From Mytilus trossulus (Eukaryota), in assembly GCF_036588685.1 (NCBI RefSeq), contig NC_086376.1, positions 81,137,630-81,201,629 of the forward strand: a stretch of DNA of 64,000 bases, read 5' to 3'. The position numbers and the translations under genes were made by a program. Every line of letters starts with the position of its first letter. Positions within the stretch are counted from its first letter, which is position 1. The notes under the pieces were generated by a model. It did not search any database and was not told the origin of the DNA. It saw nothing but the letters and a program-made list of their open reading frames with translations. Positions 24,101-37,600 of the stretch are shown here, one piece after another.

Positions 24101-25960
24101 CAACCAACATAAACCCTATGAAGGCCTCTTTGCTAATAAAGTACTTTGTACATGTATGTAAATGCTTGATTAGTCATATAAATCAAACGGGGTTTACTTA
24201 CAATTCTAGCTATGTTCATGATGTTTTTAGCTTATTTTGACAAAATTGACTCTAACTGAATTATATTAATTCATTATTTCACTTTTATAATCAAATTTTA
24301 TTTTGTTTATCTAAATCAAAGTCCCTTTTACATGTTTTGAAAGACCTGTTAGTGTTGTAGTCTGATTTAAATTAAACAAAAAGAAAATGGTGGCTAAAGT
24401 TATTAAAAAGTACTGGTATATACATATGTAAATCAACCTATTATACATGTGTACATGTTATATGTATTAAATATTATTTGTAAAAAAGGCATACATAAAT
24501 GTGTAAAAAAAAATATGTTTTAACATGCCAACATGTCTATATATACATGTATGCATGCATACATTTAAATGATTTTGGTGATAACTAAGTCAGATGTAAA
24601 AGTATTTTTGATATATTTAATTTTAATATTTTTGTTTATAGTTTCAATTGGAAGAAATCAACCTTTGAAGCCTGAAAAACCCAAATGGAAAAGTGACATT
24701 CCACTGACAGAAACACAGCTAAGAAGTAAAAGAGAAGAGTTTTGGGACACAGCACCAGCATTTGAAGGCAGAAAAGAAATATGGGATGCTTTAAAAGCTG
24801 CTGCATATGCATTAGAGACAGGGGACCATGGTTTAGCTCAGGCAATAATAGATGGTGCTAACATATCCTTACCGCATGGTAATCTAGCTTGTTTATGGTT
24901 TCAAGTTTAACCTATCTTGTTTATGATATCAAGTTTAACCTATATTTACATTTTCATGAATTCCTATATTAAACAAGTTAAAAATGTAACTAAGATTATA
25001 TTTTTGGTTGTTTTGGTTTTTTTTTGGGGGGGGGAGACCAAGTACAGTAATCTATTTTTATTACTTTGTGCTTTGTTGTCTATAAACCTTTTTTCTGCTC
25101 CAAAACAACTGTGCCAAATATAACCAAACTTGGCCACAATCATCTTTGTCTATCCAAGTTGTGAAATATTTTATCGAATGATCACATACATGTACATGTA
25201 GTTTATGGGATATATAAAAATTCTGGACTAAAAATAAGGTTTTCACCCATAACTGATTAACCAAATAATCCATCAATATATTAACATAATGATATTACAT
25301 GTATATATACAAATGATAGGAGATGTGGGACAGAGGTTAATGAGACAGCGTCACTCAAGAACAGCCAACAGACATGTAGAGGGCAACACAGAGGGTTAAA
25401 CAAATATGCTGCAAATAAAAAAATATTCTTACCAAGATACTAAAGAAGTTGAACACACACAAAAATTGACTAAGTTCAATATCCGAGTAAACATCATTTG
25501 TTTACCATAAACATATTTTTAAAACTAAAAAAAAAAGAAATTGTTTTACATGTATAAAATATATTTTTCTATCACAGGAACATTGATGGACAGTTATGAT
25601 GAATTGGGGAACAGATACCAACTTCCTGTCTACACCTTAAGTGCTCCAACAAACTTACTAGAAGAGACAAGTGAAAGTGACGCTGGGCTGGACTCAGAGA
25701 ATGCTTCACCAGGGCTGGAAATCCCTCTCAAATTCAGACTTTCAAATCATACTAAAGATATCAAACTCTATGTGAGGACTTCTGATACTGTGATGAAACT
25801 TAAACTCCGATTGTCGGAGGAAGAAGGTGTCCCACCATCAAGACAAAGATGGTTTTATTCGGGACGGTTGTTGTCTGATAAAATACGCATTGAAGATGCA
25901 AAAATTCCAAAGAACAATGTAATTCAGGTGATTGTCTCACCTGAGCCGACAGAAAGTTAA
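21188..25960 (+). CDS. UBTD2: Ubiquitin domain-containing protein 1/2 (about 228 aa); exons 21188-21254, 24642-24878, 25578-25960
   Basis: MGGCLGS N-terminus (myristoylation/palmitoylation-type), [16 protein letters not shown]...[28 protein letters not shown] (DC-UbP domain), [13 protein letters not shown] and a C-terminal ubiquitin-like domain ([10 protein letters not shown]). Junctions are in frame. This is likely a co-ortholog of UBTD1/UBTD2. Confidence 0.93.
21889..22610 (-). mobile_element. 5'-truncated CR1/L2-group LINE (3' end of ORF2, 3' UTR, (GAA)n tail) in UBTD intron 1
   Basis: [13 protein letters not shown]...[16 protein letters not shown]...[15 protein letters not shown], followed by a GAAGAAGAAGAG tail at ~21889-21900. 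Confidence 0.85.
23125..23730 (+). mobile_element. Interspersed SINE-like repeat; a partial second copy lies at ~49310-49640
   Basis: CATTGGTTAGAGGTAT...GTTTAACCCCGCC...AGTCAGGAGCC...GAAGGACGCCTCCG...CCATTCTCAATTT is shared between both sites. It interrupts a decayed HINE-like element (~22900-23110 / 23740-23900). Confidence 0.65.
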
Positions 25961-28900
25961 TGGAAAGGTTATTTAATTTTTATCTTTTCTTTAAATGTTG
26001 TTTCACGAAGTAATATATATAAAATTATGTGTGTTGTGAGAATGAACGAGTGGAAAGAGGTATTGTTATTATACATACTCAGGTGGATTTAGCTTTCTCC
26101 ACTTGTCCACAGTTTAGAGTGGGGACAGGGAGGTTGCTCCATATTGCCCACACTGTGATGTGGACATATTGATTTAATTGGTTAATCATTATTTAATGTT
26201 TTTAAATGAACATTCAAGCATTTTTATTCAACTATATTTTTGTAGGAAGAAATCAAAACTTGAATAGAGAATTGACATTAATAAGATGAACATTTAACGG
26301 TGGACAGGTGAAAAAACAAAACATACCTTAGCTAAAGTGTACTTTTAAGGTCACAAACTTACTATGTATTTTCATGATCATACATGTAAAATGTATTGTG
26401 TGTTCACAGACATTTTTTTAGCACCTTTTTTGGATAATTGCATTTTCTAGACATCTTGAAAAACAAAAAAACATGTATGATTTTTCATTGTTTTATCATA
26501 TTTATACACATGCAAATGTTGATGCTGTCGATCAGGGTAATAAACATGTACATGTAAAATAGATCACTTTTAATCTTATATTAGTGTTTTATACGGGTGA
26601 TTTAGAAATTTCGACCATTAAGTTATAGATTTAAAACTCTAATGAAATCTTAAACCAAAATATAAAATCATTATTGCATATTGCCTCATTTGTGAAGATT
26701 AAATTCTGAAGAATAAGCATTTATATTTGGGTTCTACTTTTTTTAAAGATTCTGAATTAACTGGTTGTACCTTCAAAGAGATGAGGTCATGGTACATGTT
26801 GAGAACCAAAAAAATGGTGGTAAAAATAATGATACAAAAATTCTTTGTTGGAAGATCCTGATTCTGTTCCATAAAATCTTCCATGGATACTTGATATTAA
26901 ACAGAACTATAACTGCATGTACTAACAGGTTCTTTGCATTTATGTATTTTGAAATATTTTGTCAATATAATGGGGGTGGGGCAGCTGTGATGGCATTCCA
27001 ATACAACTAGTGGATATCCACTTACGTATATGCCATTTTCCATTACTACCATATGCTGATAATAATCCAACACAACTACTATGCTTGGTCTGTACATAAA
27101 GTATGCAATCAATAGTTTTATGCATCATCATAAATATTTTCCTTTAAAACAACTTTCCTGATTTATTCCTTAAATTACTATTCAACTTGTTTAAGTTGCA
27201 ATATAACAGATGCAACTGTTAAAGTGTCTTTACTGTTTTAATGTCTTTTTCATACCCTTACTTACTAAAGTAGGGGTATTAAGTGATTTTAGTGTGTGTC
27301 TGTATGTATGTTTGTCTGTTTATTCATCCATGTTTTTCTTTCTTTACTTTGTATCCACAACTAAAGTCATAAACTGATTATTTACTCATCATTGACTGAC
27401 TGAGTAAGTCTTTAAAATATGCATGTACTAACTTTCTAATTGACGGTGTCTCCATTGTTCTCTGGAAGTATAAAAGCTACATTTTTTTTTAAATATACAG
27501 ATGCAGTTAAACAAGTTTTATATGCATGCCAAATTTCTTTAAATTGAAATATTTATCCATTATTTATAATTTGCCTTTAGATATGGTACATTGTATATAA
27601 ACAACGTCAAACTATCTTTATTTTTATTTGTTTTGAATTGCCTGTATTGTTTTTGACAAACATTTTAGTGGAAAGTTAAATATTTAAATTCAGTTTTATA
27701 ATTGACTTGTTTTTAAAAACTAATTAAGGTAAAATACCTTCTTTTAGCTACTGTGCATGGTGCCAATTTTTCCATAGTGTTTTTAATGGTTGACTTTGTG
27801 GAGTGTCTTTTTTGTATAAATATTCTGTAACGCTTCAGACTTGTATCAAGTTTTTTCTTCTTCTCCAGGAATTTAGTTTTTGAATTTAATGTTGTAAATC
27901 ATTGATTTTGTGGGATTTTTTTGTCAGCAAAATTTTTTAATGGTGAAATCATGAATGTTAAATATTGTTTATAAAATTTAACATTATGAAGGACAAAAAT
28001 AATCAAAATGCTTTTTTTTAAGCATTATACTTCTCTTGTTTAAATCATAGTTTTGTAACAAAGTCAGAGCTGGATTGAGGAAATCTTGCATTTTCATGAA
28101 CATTTGATATCATGGTTTTGTCAGTCTGTATACAACCAAATACATGTAGCAAGTTTGTGATTTTTGGAATATATAAATTTGTAGGTCACCTGTTCCAATG
28201 AAAAAGAGAAAAAATGGTTTCCAATGATTGATAATGAATCCACACCATGTGATCCACAGTAGGATAAAATATGAAGAAAATGAGAAAAAAGAAAAGAAGA
28301 GAATAATTGGGTTTTGAAATATAAAGAAAAAATAACAAACGAAAAAAGGATCTCATCCAGACCACATATATTTTTGATTTTAAACTTATTGTTTATCTGC
28401 CCAAAATTCCACTAAAGAGCTATTTTGGATTGTGATTAAACTGTTTTATTTTTTGGGGGGAAATTCATGTAGACCTTTTATTGTTAAACCATTTTTAAGG
28501 AAAAATTGTTACGATATGAATGATCATGTATTCAAACAATCAAAAGATAGATTTTTGTAAAAGATTTAAAGTTATACATAATTTTGTCTTTAAGTTTTGA
28601 AGCCTGATTACAGGCCTTGTTGTTGTGAATGAAAATTGTCTCTGATATAGTTACAATAGGTACCCAAATGGATTTGTGTGATAGAAATGTATTTTGTAAC
28701 CTCTCATTTGAATTTCTCCACATTGTAAGAGTCACTGTGTAGGACATGCATAAAGGTTGAATTGTTTGTTCGGCAGTGCAGAAACGGATTTGTAGAAATT
28801 AATAGATGTGAAAAGTTAAGGAGTAGTCAAGACTAATTTTAATGGGCAGTCAGGTAGTCTGAATGTTTGGTTTAGCAATATTCTGAGTTACGGCTGTAGA

Positions 28901-29188
28901 TGGCTCACACTGTGCAAGAAAGCTTACATGACTTGTTGTTGGACAGAATGTTTAAAAGAAAAGTATGATATTTTAGCTAATAAGAGAAAGATATATAAAA
29001 TAGAAGCAAAATGGATCAGATCTACTTTGATCCAGATGCTAATTTTGTTAACGTTAATTTATTTTCATGAGTGAAAGTCATAAAATGAAGGTAAACATAC
29101 CACTGTACACAATGTATATAGTATTAACTGGGGGCAAACACATGTTATACCATTATGATCTGGAACAGTCAGTCAGTTTATAGATTAA

Positions 29189-29453
29189 GGTGGTACCTAA
29201 CACTACAGGGAGATAACTCTGTAAAATCAGTTAAACGTTTTAATTACTTTGTGTTGTAATGGGAATATTAAGCTTCTCATTGATCAAAATTAGTGTTTGT
29301 CAAATTGCTATATAACCAGTGTGTTTTTTCTGATAAAATGGTTGGTTCAAATTTTTTGAAATTTTTATATTTTTGTCAAAGAAAGTAGTTTGTCAAAAGT
29401 TTATGAAAATTAAACGAGCCAAATTTATTTTAGTGAAAGTGTTGGGTACCACC
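29189..29453. mobile_element. Kolobok-like MITE (265 bp) with TTAA target-site duplication
   Basis: TTAA|GGTGGTACCTAACACT ... AGTGTTGGGTACCACC|TTAA. Confidence 0.85.
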
Positions 29454-31953
29454 TTAACAACAAGTAATTCAATTGAACTATTACTGGTAATGTTTTTTGA
29501 ATTGCATTTATAAGGAGTCATAAAATAAATAAACTTGCATATTACAGATACAAAATAAATATTCTGTAAAAAAAAATGCAGGAAACAGTTGTGAACAAAA
29601 TTGAAAACGAATTTTATAACTGTTAAAAAATAATCACAAATGAAAATGAACTTTCAACAGCAAAAGAAAACTTCCCCCTTTCTGATACTTGTATCAATTT
29701 GTTGTCCCCTGTATTGATTATTCATAGCCTTTAAATAGACTTGAAATTGAATCTATAGCAAACACCACTTCATGTATTATTGTTTGCTAATTCATATGTA
29801 TATGAAGATTAGAATGAAGACATTTCTGTTTTAAATGTGCAATATCCAGTGTCTGGAGTAACAGTTGCAATGTCATTTATTAAACGGACAAATACAAAAA
29901 CAAAATATCATTCATTGTACTTAATTACATTAAGATTTTATGTATTGGGACATAAGTTTTTATTTTCCATTTAACATATTTTTTATTGTTGTCAAGGAAC
30001 ATTTATATTGTATTTTTGAGGGAAAATGTGATTTTACATATAAATACACATGTAAACAAATAACTGTGATTGAGTTAAGTAATTTACATGTACCAAAATT
30101 TCTTTTTTCTAGACATAATAATCAGACAAACTATGGTAAAACCTGCATACACTTTTTTTTATGGTTAACACTTTAGACTATTCCATTATCCTGAAGTGAT
30201 TTTTGAGTGTAGTGTTACAACAGGGAAGTAATTTAATGTGATATACTTTACTCTTGAGATGCTGTGAACTTAGAAAGATGATTGAGATTATTTAGTTATG
30301 ATATTTTTCTTGAAAAGTGATTCATCTATAAGTTTTTTTACACTATTACTTTCTTAAAGATAATACTGGTACTAATTGATTTGTCAGGGGGTGGGGGCCA
30401 CGATGAAATTTTAAAAAAGTCAGGATGACAGTTTATGTAAAAAGAAGTCATTATAAACTAAAAAAAGGCAGGACCGCATAAAAAGTGGAAATAAAAAGGC
30501 AGGACAGTGAACACAACTAAACATAATTGTAAAAATCAAATGATAGCTCCCTTGCTAATGTTGCACTTTGTTTGAAAATTCCATTGAAACTTTATTTCAA
30601 TATCAATAAACTAGATTGTACTTTTGAAACATCTCTGAAGAGTTTCTATTGTCATGTTAATAGATGTACTTTTAAAAAACAACCAATCATTGATTAGCAT
30701 ATTTCTTCCTTGAAATAGAGGAGGATATAACATCAGTTTTACAATTATAGACAATAAAACTTGCACTAGCTTTTAAACACAAAAAAACATAATTGGCTGA
30801 AGATGATCAATTTGATCCATGAAAGAGATTAGTACTTTCAATTTTTTTTTTAATAATAAGTATATTAAAACTCATTTTATAACTTTGCTATCTATAAAAC
30901 AGGTTTTACCAGTTCTCTCCTAGAGAGAAGATTTGTGTGAAATATTACTGCCTTTTAATTAAAAAAAAATCATGTCATTTAATATTGTGAAATTAGTTTG
31001 ATGGTAATGATTTTCATTTGTCACAGTCAAGAATGGCAAATTTTAAATCATTGAAACTTGTACTATTATTTTCATGTTGTGATTGAATACGGTTATGAGA
31101 AAGAGTCTGATTAAAAGTTGTTTATAATGTTTCAGTTTATTGTTATTTTGCCAAATAAGTCAAGGGAGGACTATCTACCCCATGTATTCTCTACTTATAT
31201 ACTGTAGAGTAGACTCCATATTAATTTGGGGTATTGATCTTGGTGAATTTTGGTGCTGTACTATACCAGGAAATTAGTATTTACGAATATCCTGTATGGT
31301 CTTTGTCAAAGGGGCTAAAGAATAGTATCCATGAATATACAATATTTCAAATAAATGTGACAGTGTCAAAGGATGTTTTCTCAATGTAGGTATATACTGA
31401 AGGTTGAATAATAAACAAACACCAGTGTAGTAAAACAACAACACAGAATATTGTGTATCAGGAACCCTCCCTACAGCCTGGGTTCATCAGGAATTATTTA
31501 TTTCCTGCCCTTCTTGGGACACAACTTATGTAACCCTATTAATATTGGATGCTCAACAAACACCCCCTACCCCCAACTGAAGCAAAGGCAACTTTAAACT
31601 CCTAGAATAACATGTATATATTAACTCATGTGCTATTAAAGGAAAGGTAAACCCTTTTTGCTTAATTTTTTTTATTTATCTTTTATCCATTAAAACAAAA
31701 AAACAGAAAAATCATCTTCCTGTTAAAGTCCTCATGAGTGTTTATGTTGCTTTTAACTGCAATCGATCTTTTTTAAATCGATCAACCAATTGATTCATGT
31801 ACATATATGACTGAAAATAAAAAAGGTCTTTACAAGCTTTAAAGAAAATGTTCATTCCAGTTTTTCACTATTAGCCTTCAATAATGAGCAAAATCCATTC
31901 AACTATGAACAAAACTCATTCCACAAAGTCAAGCTATTTTAAACAAGACAGCC

Positions 31954-33935
31954 TTTTTATACGACCGCAAATTTTGAAAAAAATTTCGTCATATATTGCT
32001 ATCACGTTGGCGTCTGCGTCGTCGTTGTAGTCGTTGTCGTCGTCCGAATACTTTTAGTTTTCGCACTCTAACATAAGCAAAAGTGAATAGAAATCTATGA
32101 AATCTATTAACACAAGGTTTATGACCACAAAAGGAAGGTTGGTATTGATTTGGGAGTTTTGGTCTCAACATTTTAGGAATTAGGGGCCAAAAAGGGCCCA
32201 AATAAGCATTTTCTTGGTTTTCGCGCTATAACTTTAGTTTAGGTTAATAGAAATCTATGAAATTTTGACACAAGGTTTATGACCACAAAAGAAAGGTTGG
32301 GATTGATTTTGAGAGTTTTGGTTTCAACAGTTTAGGAATTAGGGGCCAAAAATGGGCCCAAATAAGCATTATTCTTGGTTTTCGCACAATAACTTTAGTT
32401 TAAGTTAATAGAAATCAATGAAATTTAAACACAATGTTTATGACCACAAAAGGAAGGATGGTATTGATTTTGGGAGTTTAGGTCCCAACAGTTTAGGAAT
32501 TAGGGGCCAAAAAGGGACCCAAATAAGCATTTTTCTTGGTTTTCGCACCATAACTTTAGTATAAGTAAATAGAAATCTATGAAATTTAAACACAAGGTTT
32601 ATGACCATAAAAGGAAGGTTGGTATTGATTTTGGGAGTTTTGGTCCTAACAGTTTAGGAAAAAGGGGCCCAAAGGGTCCAAAATTAAACTTTGTTTGATT
32701 TCATCAAGAATTGAATAATTGGGGTTCTTTGATATGCGGAATCTAACTGTGTATGTAGATTCTTAATTTTTGGTCCCATTTTCAAATTGGTCTACATTAA
32801 GGTCCAAAGGGTCCAAAATTAAACTTAGTTTGATTTTGACAAAAAATTAATCGGTTGGGTTCTTTGATATGCTGAATCTAAAAATGTATTTAGATTCTTG
32901 ATTATTGTCCCAGTTTTCAAGTTGGTCCAAATCGGGGTCCAAAATTAAACATTGTTTGATTTCATTAAAAATTGAATAAATGGGGTTCTTTGATATGCCA
33001 AATCTAACTGTGTACGTAGATTCTTCATTTTTGGTCCTGTTTTCAAATTGGTCTACATTAAAGTCCAAAGGGTCCAAAATTAACTTAGTTTGATTTTAAC
33101 AAAAATTGAAATCTTGGGGTTCTTTGATATGCTGAATCCAAACATGTACTTAGATTTTTGATTATGGGCCCAGTTTTCAGGTTGGTCCAAATCAGGATCT
33201 AAAATATAATTTAAGTATTGTGCAATAGCAAGTCTTTTCAATTGCACAGTATTGCACAATGGCAAGAAATATCTAATTGCACAATATTGTGAAATAGCAA
33301 TATTTTTTTTTAATTAGAGTTATCTTTCTTTGTCCAGAATAGTAAGCAAGAAATATCTAATTGCACAATATTGTGAAATAGCAATATTTTTTTTTAATTG
33401 GAGTTATCTTTCTTTGTCCAGAATCAACTCAAATCTTTGTTATATACAATGTATATTCACTTTTTACTACCAACTGATAAATTAAAATAATCTTTACCAT
33501 TCAGTGATAACAAGCAGTTTTTTTACATCTTAATATTTTATGATGTATTTAAATGAGTAGTTATTGTTGCAAACTCCATTAGAAATTTAATTGAGATTAA
33601 TTTGGAATAAGGGAAAGGGGGATGTGATTAAAAAAAATGGGTTCAATTTTCTCATTTGAAATGAAATTTCATAAATAAAATGAAAATTTCTTCAAACATT
33701 TTTTTGAGAGGATTAATATTCAACAGCATAGTGAATTGCTCTAAGAGAAAACAAAAATTTTAAGTTCATTAGAACACATTCATTCTGTGTCAGAAACCTA
33801 TGCTGTGTCAACTATTAAATCACAATCCAAATTTAGAGCTGAATCCAGCTTGAATGTTGTGTCCATACTTGCCCCAACCGTTCAGGGTTCAACCTCTGCG
33901 GTCGTATAAAGCTACGACCTGCGGAGCATCTGGTT
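31954..33935 (+). mobile_element. Helentron/HINE-like non-autonomous element with internal tandem repeats
   Basis: Subterminal IRs TTTATACGACCGCA / TGCGGTCGTATAAA, a (GTC)n microsatellite and ~150-bp internal repeats. An inverted copy lies at 54583-57388. Confidence 0.8.
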
Positions 33936-34650
33936 TAAAATGCCCTGACATGACCAAATGTCAAATATAAACCAGGAAAAATAACCTACTACAAAACAAA
34001 AAACGAAATGCAAATATAAACACAGCAAACGAGAACCACATGTCTTTGGAGGGATAGACACATACATAATGTGGTGTCTGTTGGGAGCACAGCCACAGGC
34101 TTGTCTCTGAAAAAGATCAACTTCAATGTTTTTATCACAGAGAAGTGCCTAAGAACACAACATAGAAAACAAACTTTTGAAACGTGCCTCACTAATCATA
34201 ACAGTACAAAGCACAAACACTTAAAGACCAAAAGTATCGTAATACTAAGTTATTACAAACTAGTTCCAAATATTAACAAACATGATGTATCTAAGCAAAT
34301 CCCAACACTTAAATCATTATTACCATTTCATAAAGGAACCATACATGTCAACTAAAAATTAAAGAGTTTAAGACAGTTTACTATGTAAGAGTCCACTAAC
34401 ACAGCCGAGGTGTCCATCCTTTCGTTTGCCTTTATTGATGTTTTTATTTACCAAGTAACTTTCTTTAAATCACACGTTTCGTATAGATCATCGTTATCAA
34501 TCGGGACATTATAAAAATATAAACAGACCAATTGTTAATAATGGTAAAAATAGTTTATTTACAAAATTGTTCGGAGAACCGTATAAAAGTGAAATATTTT
34601 AGTCTTTGCACTGTGACATGTAGCAGGGCAAACGACATCTTCAATATTGT

Positions 34651-37600
34651 CTATTTATAAGGTGGTGGATCCATGTGTGATGTGGTCATCATTCCTCCTG
34701 TTGCCTGTCCTCCTGTTGTCATGGGCATTCCGTGTGGTTGTCCATATGTTGACGGAGGTGGGTATGCCGGGTTCCCACCCATCGGTCCACCGGCTGCAGG
34801 ACCGAAAGGAGAGTAGTCAGGTGGCGGGTGTGCATATGGCATCCCACCGTGATGTTGCATTCCACCGGTGTGCACTAAGTTAAAAGCAAAATAAATAATT
34901 GAAATAACTTTATTTATAAATTAAAAATCAGGTTAGTATCAACATGAGATGTTTTTGATCTCAGATATGAAAAAATGTCTTAAAATCTAATATTTTACGA
35001 ATTTCATAAAAAATATTAAAACAATACACAAGTTGTATTCTGTTTAAATTTTTTTTTTAAATATGATTAAACACATCGATATTTGCTTTATCATTGTCGA
35101 CCATACCAATATATACCATGTCGAAAAATACCACTGATACATAAAAGCCGAATTATATCCGTAATTGGTGGGTCGATGATTAATGTTAATTTTAATAAGC
35201 ACATAAGTGTAGTTTAAAAACTTTCTGTAATCGGTAGTATTTTATGAGGAAGCTGACCTTCCTGTATCATACATTACTAAAAAAAAAGTAAAATCACAAA
35301 CTTAACTCCGTGGAAAACTCATCATTTTAAATGTAACTCATCATTATCAAAATGATTGTGGAACTCATTAGGAAACAAGAATACAAACAAGACGATAGAA
35401 CATACCAATAGTTACTATTCCTTGTCGTTGTTGTCTCTGTTTTATTCTTTTTTGTTGATGTTTATGAGTAATGACACAACAAATTATTATTCCGATAACT
35501 ATAGCAACGACCACCACTCCTCCAACAATGGACCCGGCTATTGTTCCAATACTGAAAAAAATAATTAACAGAAGGTCGCTCAACAATACTGACCATAGGC
35601 ATTTAATACGCTTTATTGTAATATATTTGGTTTCCACAAATCCTTAGTCTCGAGCATATATCAGTAGGGTTGTTAAAACTTCGGTTCATGTCATTCAAAC
35701 CCAGATGTTTACAATACCAAATATTTACTCGCTATTTTTTTTTAATGATATTACATTCATCGGTTCAGTATAATATTATATCCAACACAGATTTCAGACA
35801 TTTCAGTCATGTCATATACAGTTCAGCCAATAAATATGTGGCCATACTTTTGTGCTATTCGAAGAATTAAGTTAGTAAAACACCATGGATTTTCTGGAAC
35901 AAGATCGAATTCCATCGTCGGTCAACTCATTTTTGTTAAGAAATGAAAAATATAAAGCCCATGCACAGACTTTTAAAAATATTTGTCAAAATAAGTTTAA
36001 TTTAATCCAAGGGCAGCAAATTATTTTCAAATATCAAGTTAAAGCTGCTGCGAAACTATTGAACAGTTGCTGTTTCGCGATTTTTGTCAATAACATACAT
36101 TATTAAAGATTTTTAATTTAAGATTTCGTTCTTGCCTTTAATATATTTGGTCTTCCCATTAACGACATGTTTATTTTACTAAACCTTATTATTGCTCTTT
36201 GTATACCCATTCATTTTGTAATGCAATATACGAAACAGGGCTTAATACTGAACATCTACTAGTATATACATCCAGCTGCAGAAGCTCTCGTGGCCTGGTC
36301 CAAAATTCATATCTTATACAGTTCATGAGTTTCATTTCCAAAATATATACCATTGGTCTATTTCCCAAATTATCTATGTAGAAATACGTTGAATGAATGC
36401 AAAACATCACAACTATCAAGCTTGAAGTGCTTACCAAAATGTTAAGACTTACTTGCTGCAACATTCTCGACTGTAGTAATAGCCACAGCAACCAGTACCA
36501 CAATAGTAAAACGTTGTACTACTGGATGCATAGCTGTAGTAATAACAGAAATCTCCACACGAACAACCTATAATACAAATAGTACCACAATAGTAAAACG
36601 TTGTACTACTGTACGAATAGCTGTAGTAATAACAGAAATCTCCACACGAACAACCTATAATACAAATAGTACCACAATAGTAAAACGTTGTACTACTGTA
36701 CGAATAGCTGTAGTAATAACAGAAATCTCCACACGAACAACCTATAATACAAATAGTACCACAATAGTAAAACGTTGTACTACTGTACGAATAGCTGTAG
36801 TAATAACAGAAATCTCCACACGAACAACCTATAATACAAATAGTACCACAATAGTAAAACGTTGTACTACTGTACGAATAGCTGTAGTAATAACAGAAAT
36901 CTCCACACGAACAACCTATAATACAAATAGTACCACAATAGTAAAACGTTGTACTACTGAATGCATAGCTGTAGTAATAACAGAAATCTCCTCACGAACA
37001 ACCTATAATACAAATAGTACCATAATAGTAAAACGTTGTACTACTGGATGCATAGCTGTAGTAATAACAGAAATCTACACACGAACAATCTACAATACAA
37101 ATAGTACCACAATAGTAAACGTTGTACTACTGGGTGCATAGCTGTAGTAATAACAGAAATCTCCACACAAACAACCTACAAAACAAATAGTACCACAATA
37201 GTAAAATGTTGTGCTACTGGGTGCATAGCTGTAGTAATAACAAAAATCTCCAAACAAACAACCTACAATACAAATAGTACCACAAAAGTAAAACGTTGTA
37301 CTACTGGATGCATACCTGTAGTAATACCAGAAATCTTCACAAGAACAACCTATAATACAAATAGTACCACATTAGTAAAATGTTGTACTACTGGATGCAT
37401 AGCTGTAGTAATAACAGAAATCTCCACACGAACAGCCTACAATACAAATAGTACCACAATAGTAAAACGTTGTACTACTGGATGCATAGCTGTAGTAATA
37501 ACAGAAATCTCCACAAGAACAACCTATAATACAAATAGTACCACAATAGTAAAACGTTGTACTACTGGATGCATAGCTGTAGTAATAACAGAAATCTCCA

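Noticed and set aside
26000-31900. Short ORFs downstream of UBTD
   Set aside because: AT-rich, no recognisable domains or consistent exon chain; likely 3' UTR or intergenic.
32847-33265. ORFs within HINE internal repeats (also 55904-56670, and MITE ORFs 1574-1938, 15569-15766)
   Set aside because: Chance ORFs in non-autonomous repeats with no transposase or helicase motifs.
36992-36994. TGA at a Cys position (also 39775) as possible selenocysteine
   Set aside because: It is a single TGT>TGA change propagated by duplication. TAA stops also occur in the array and I could not identify a SECIS.
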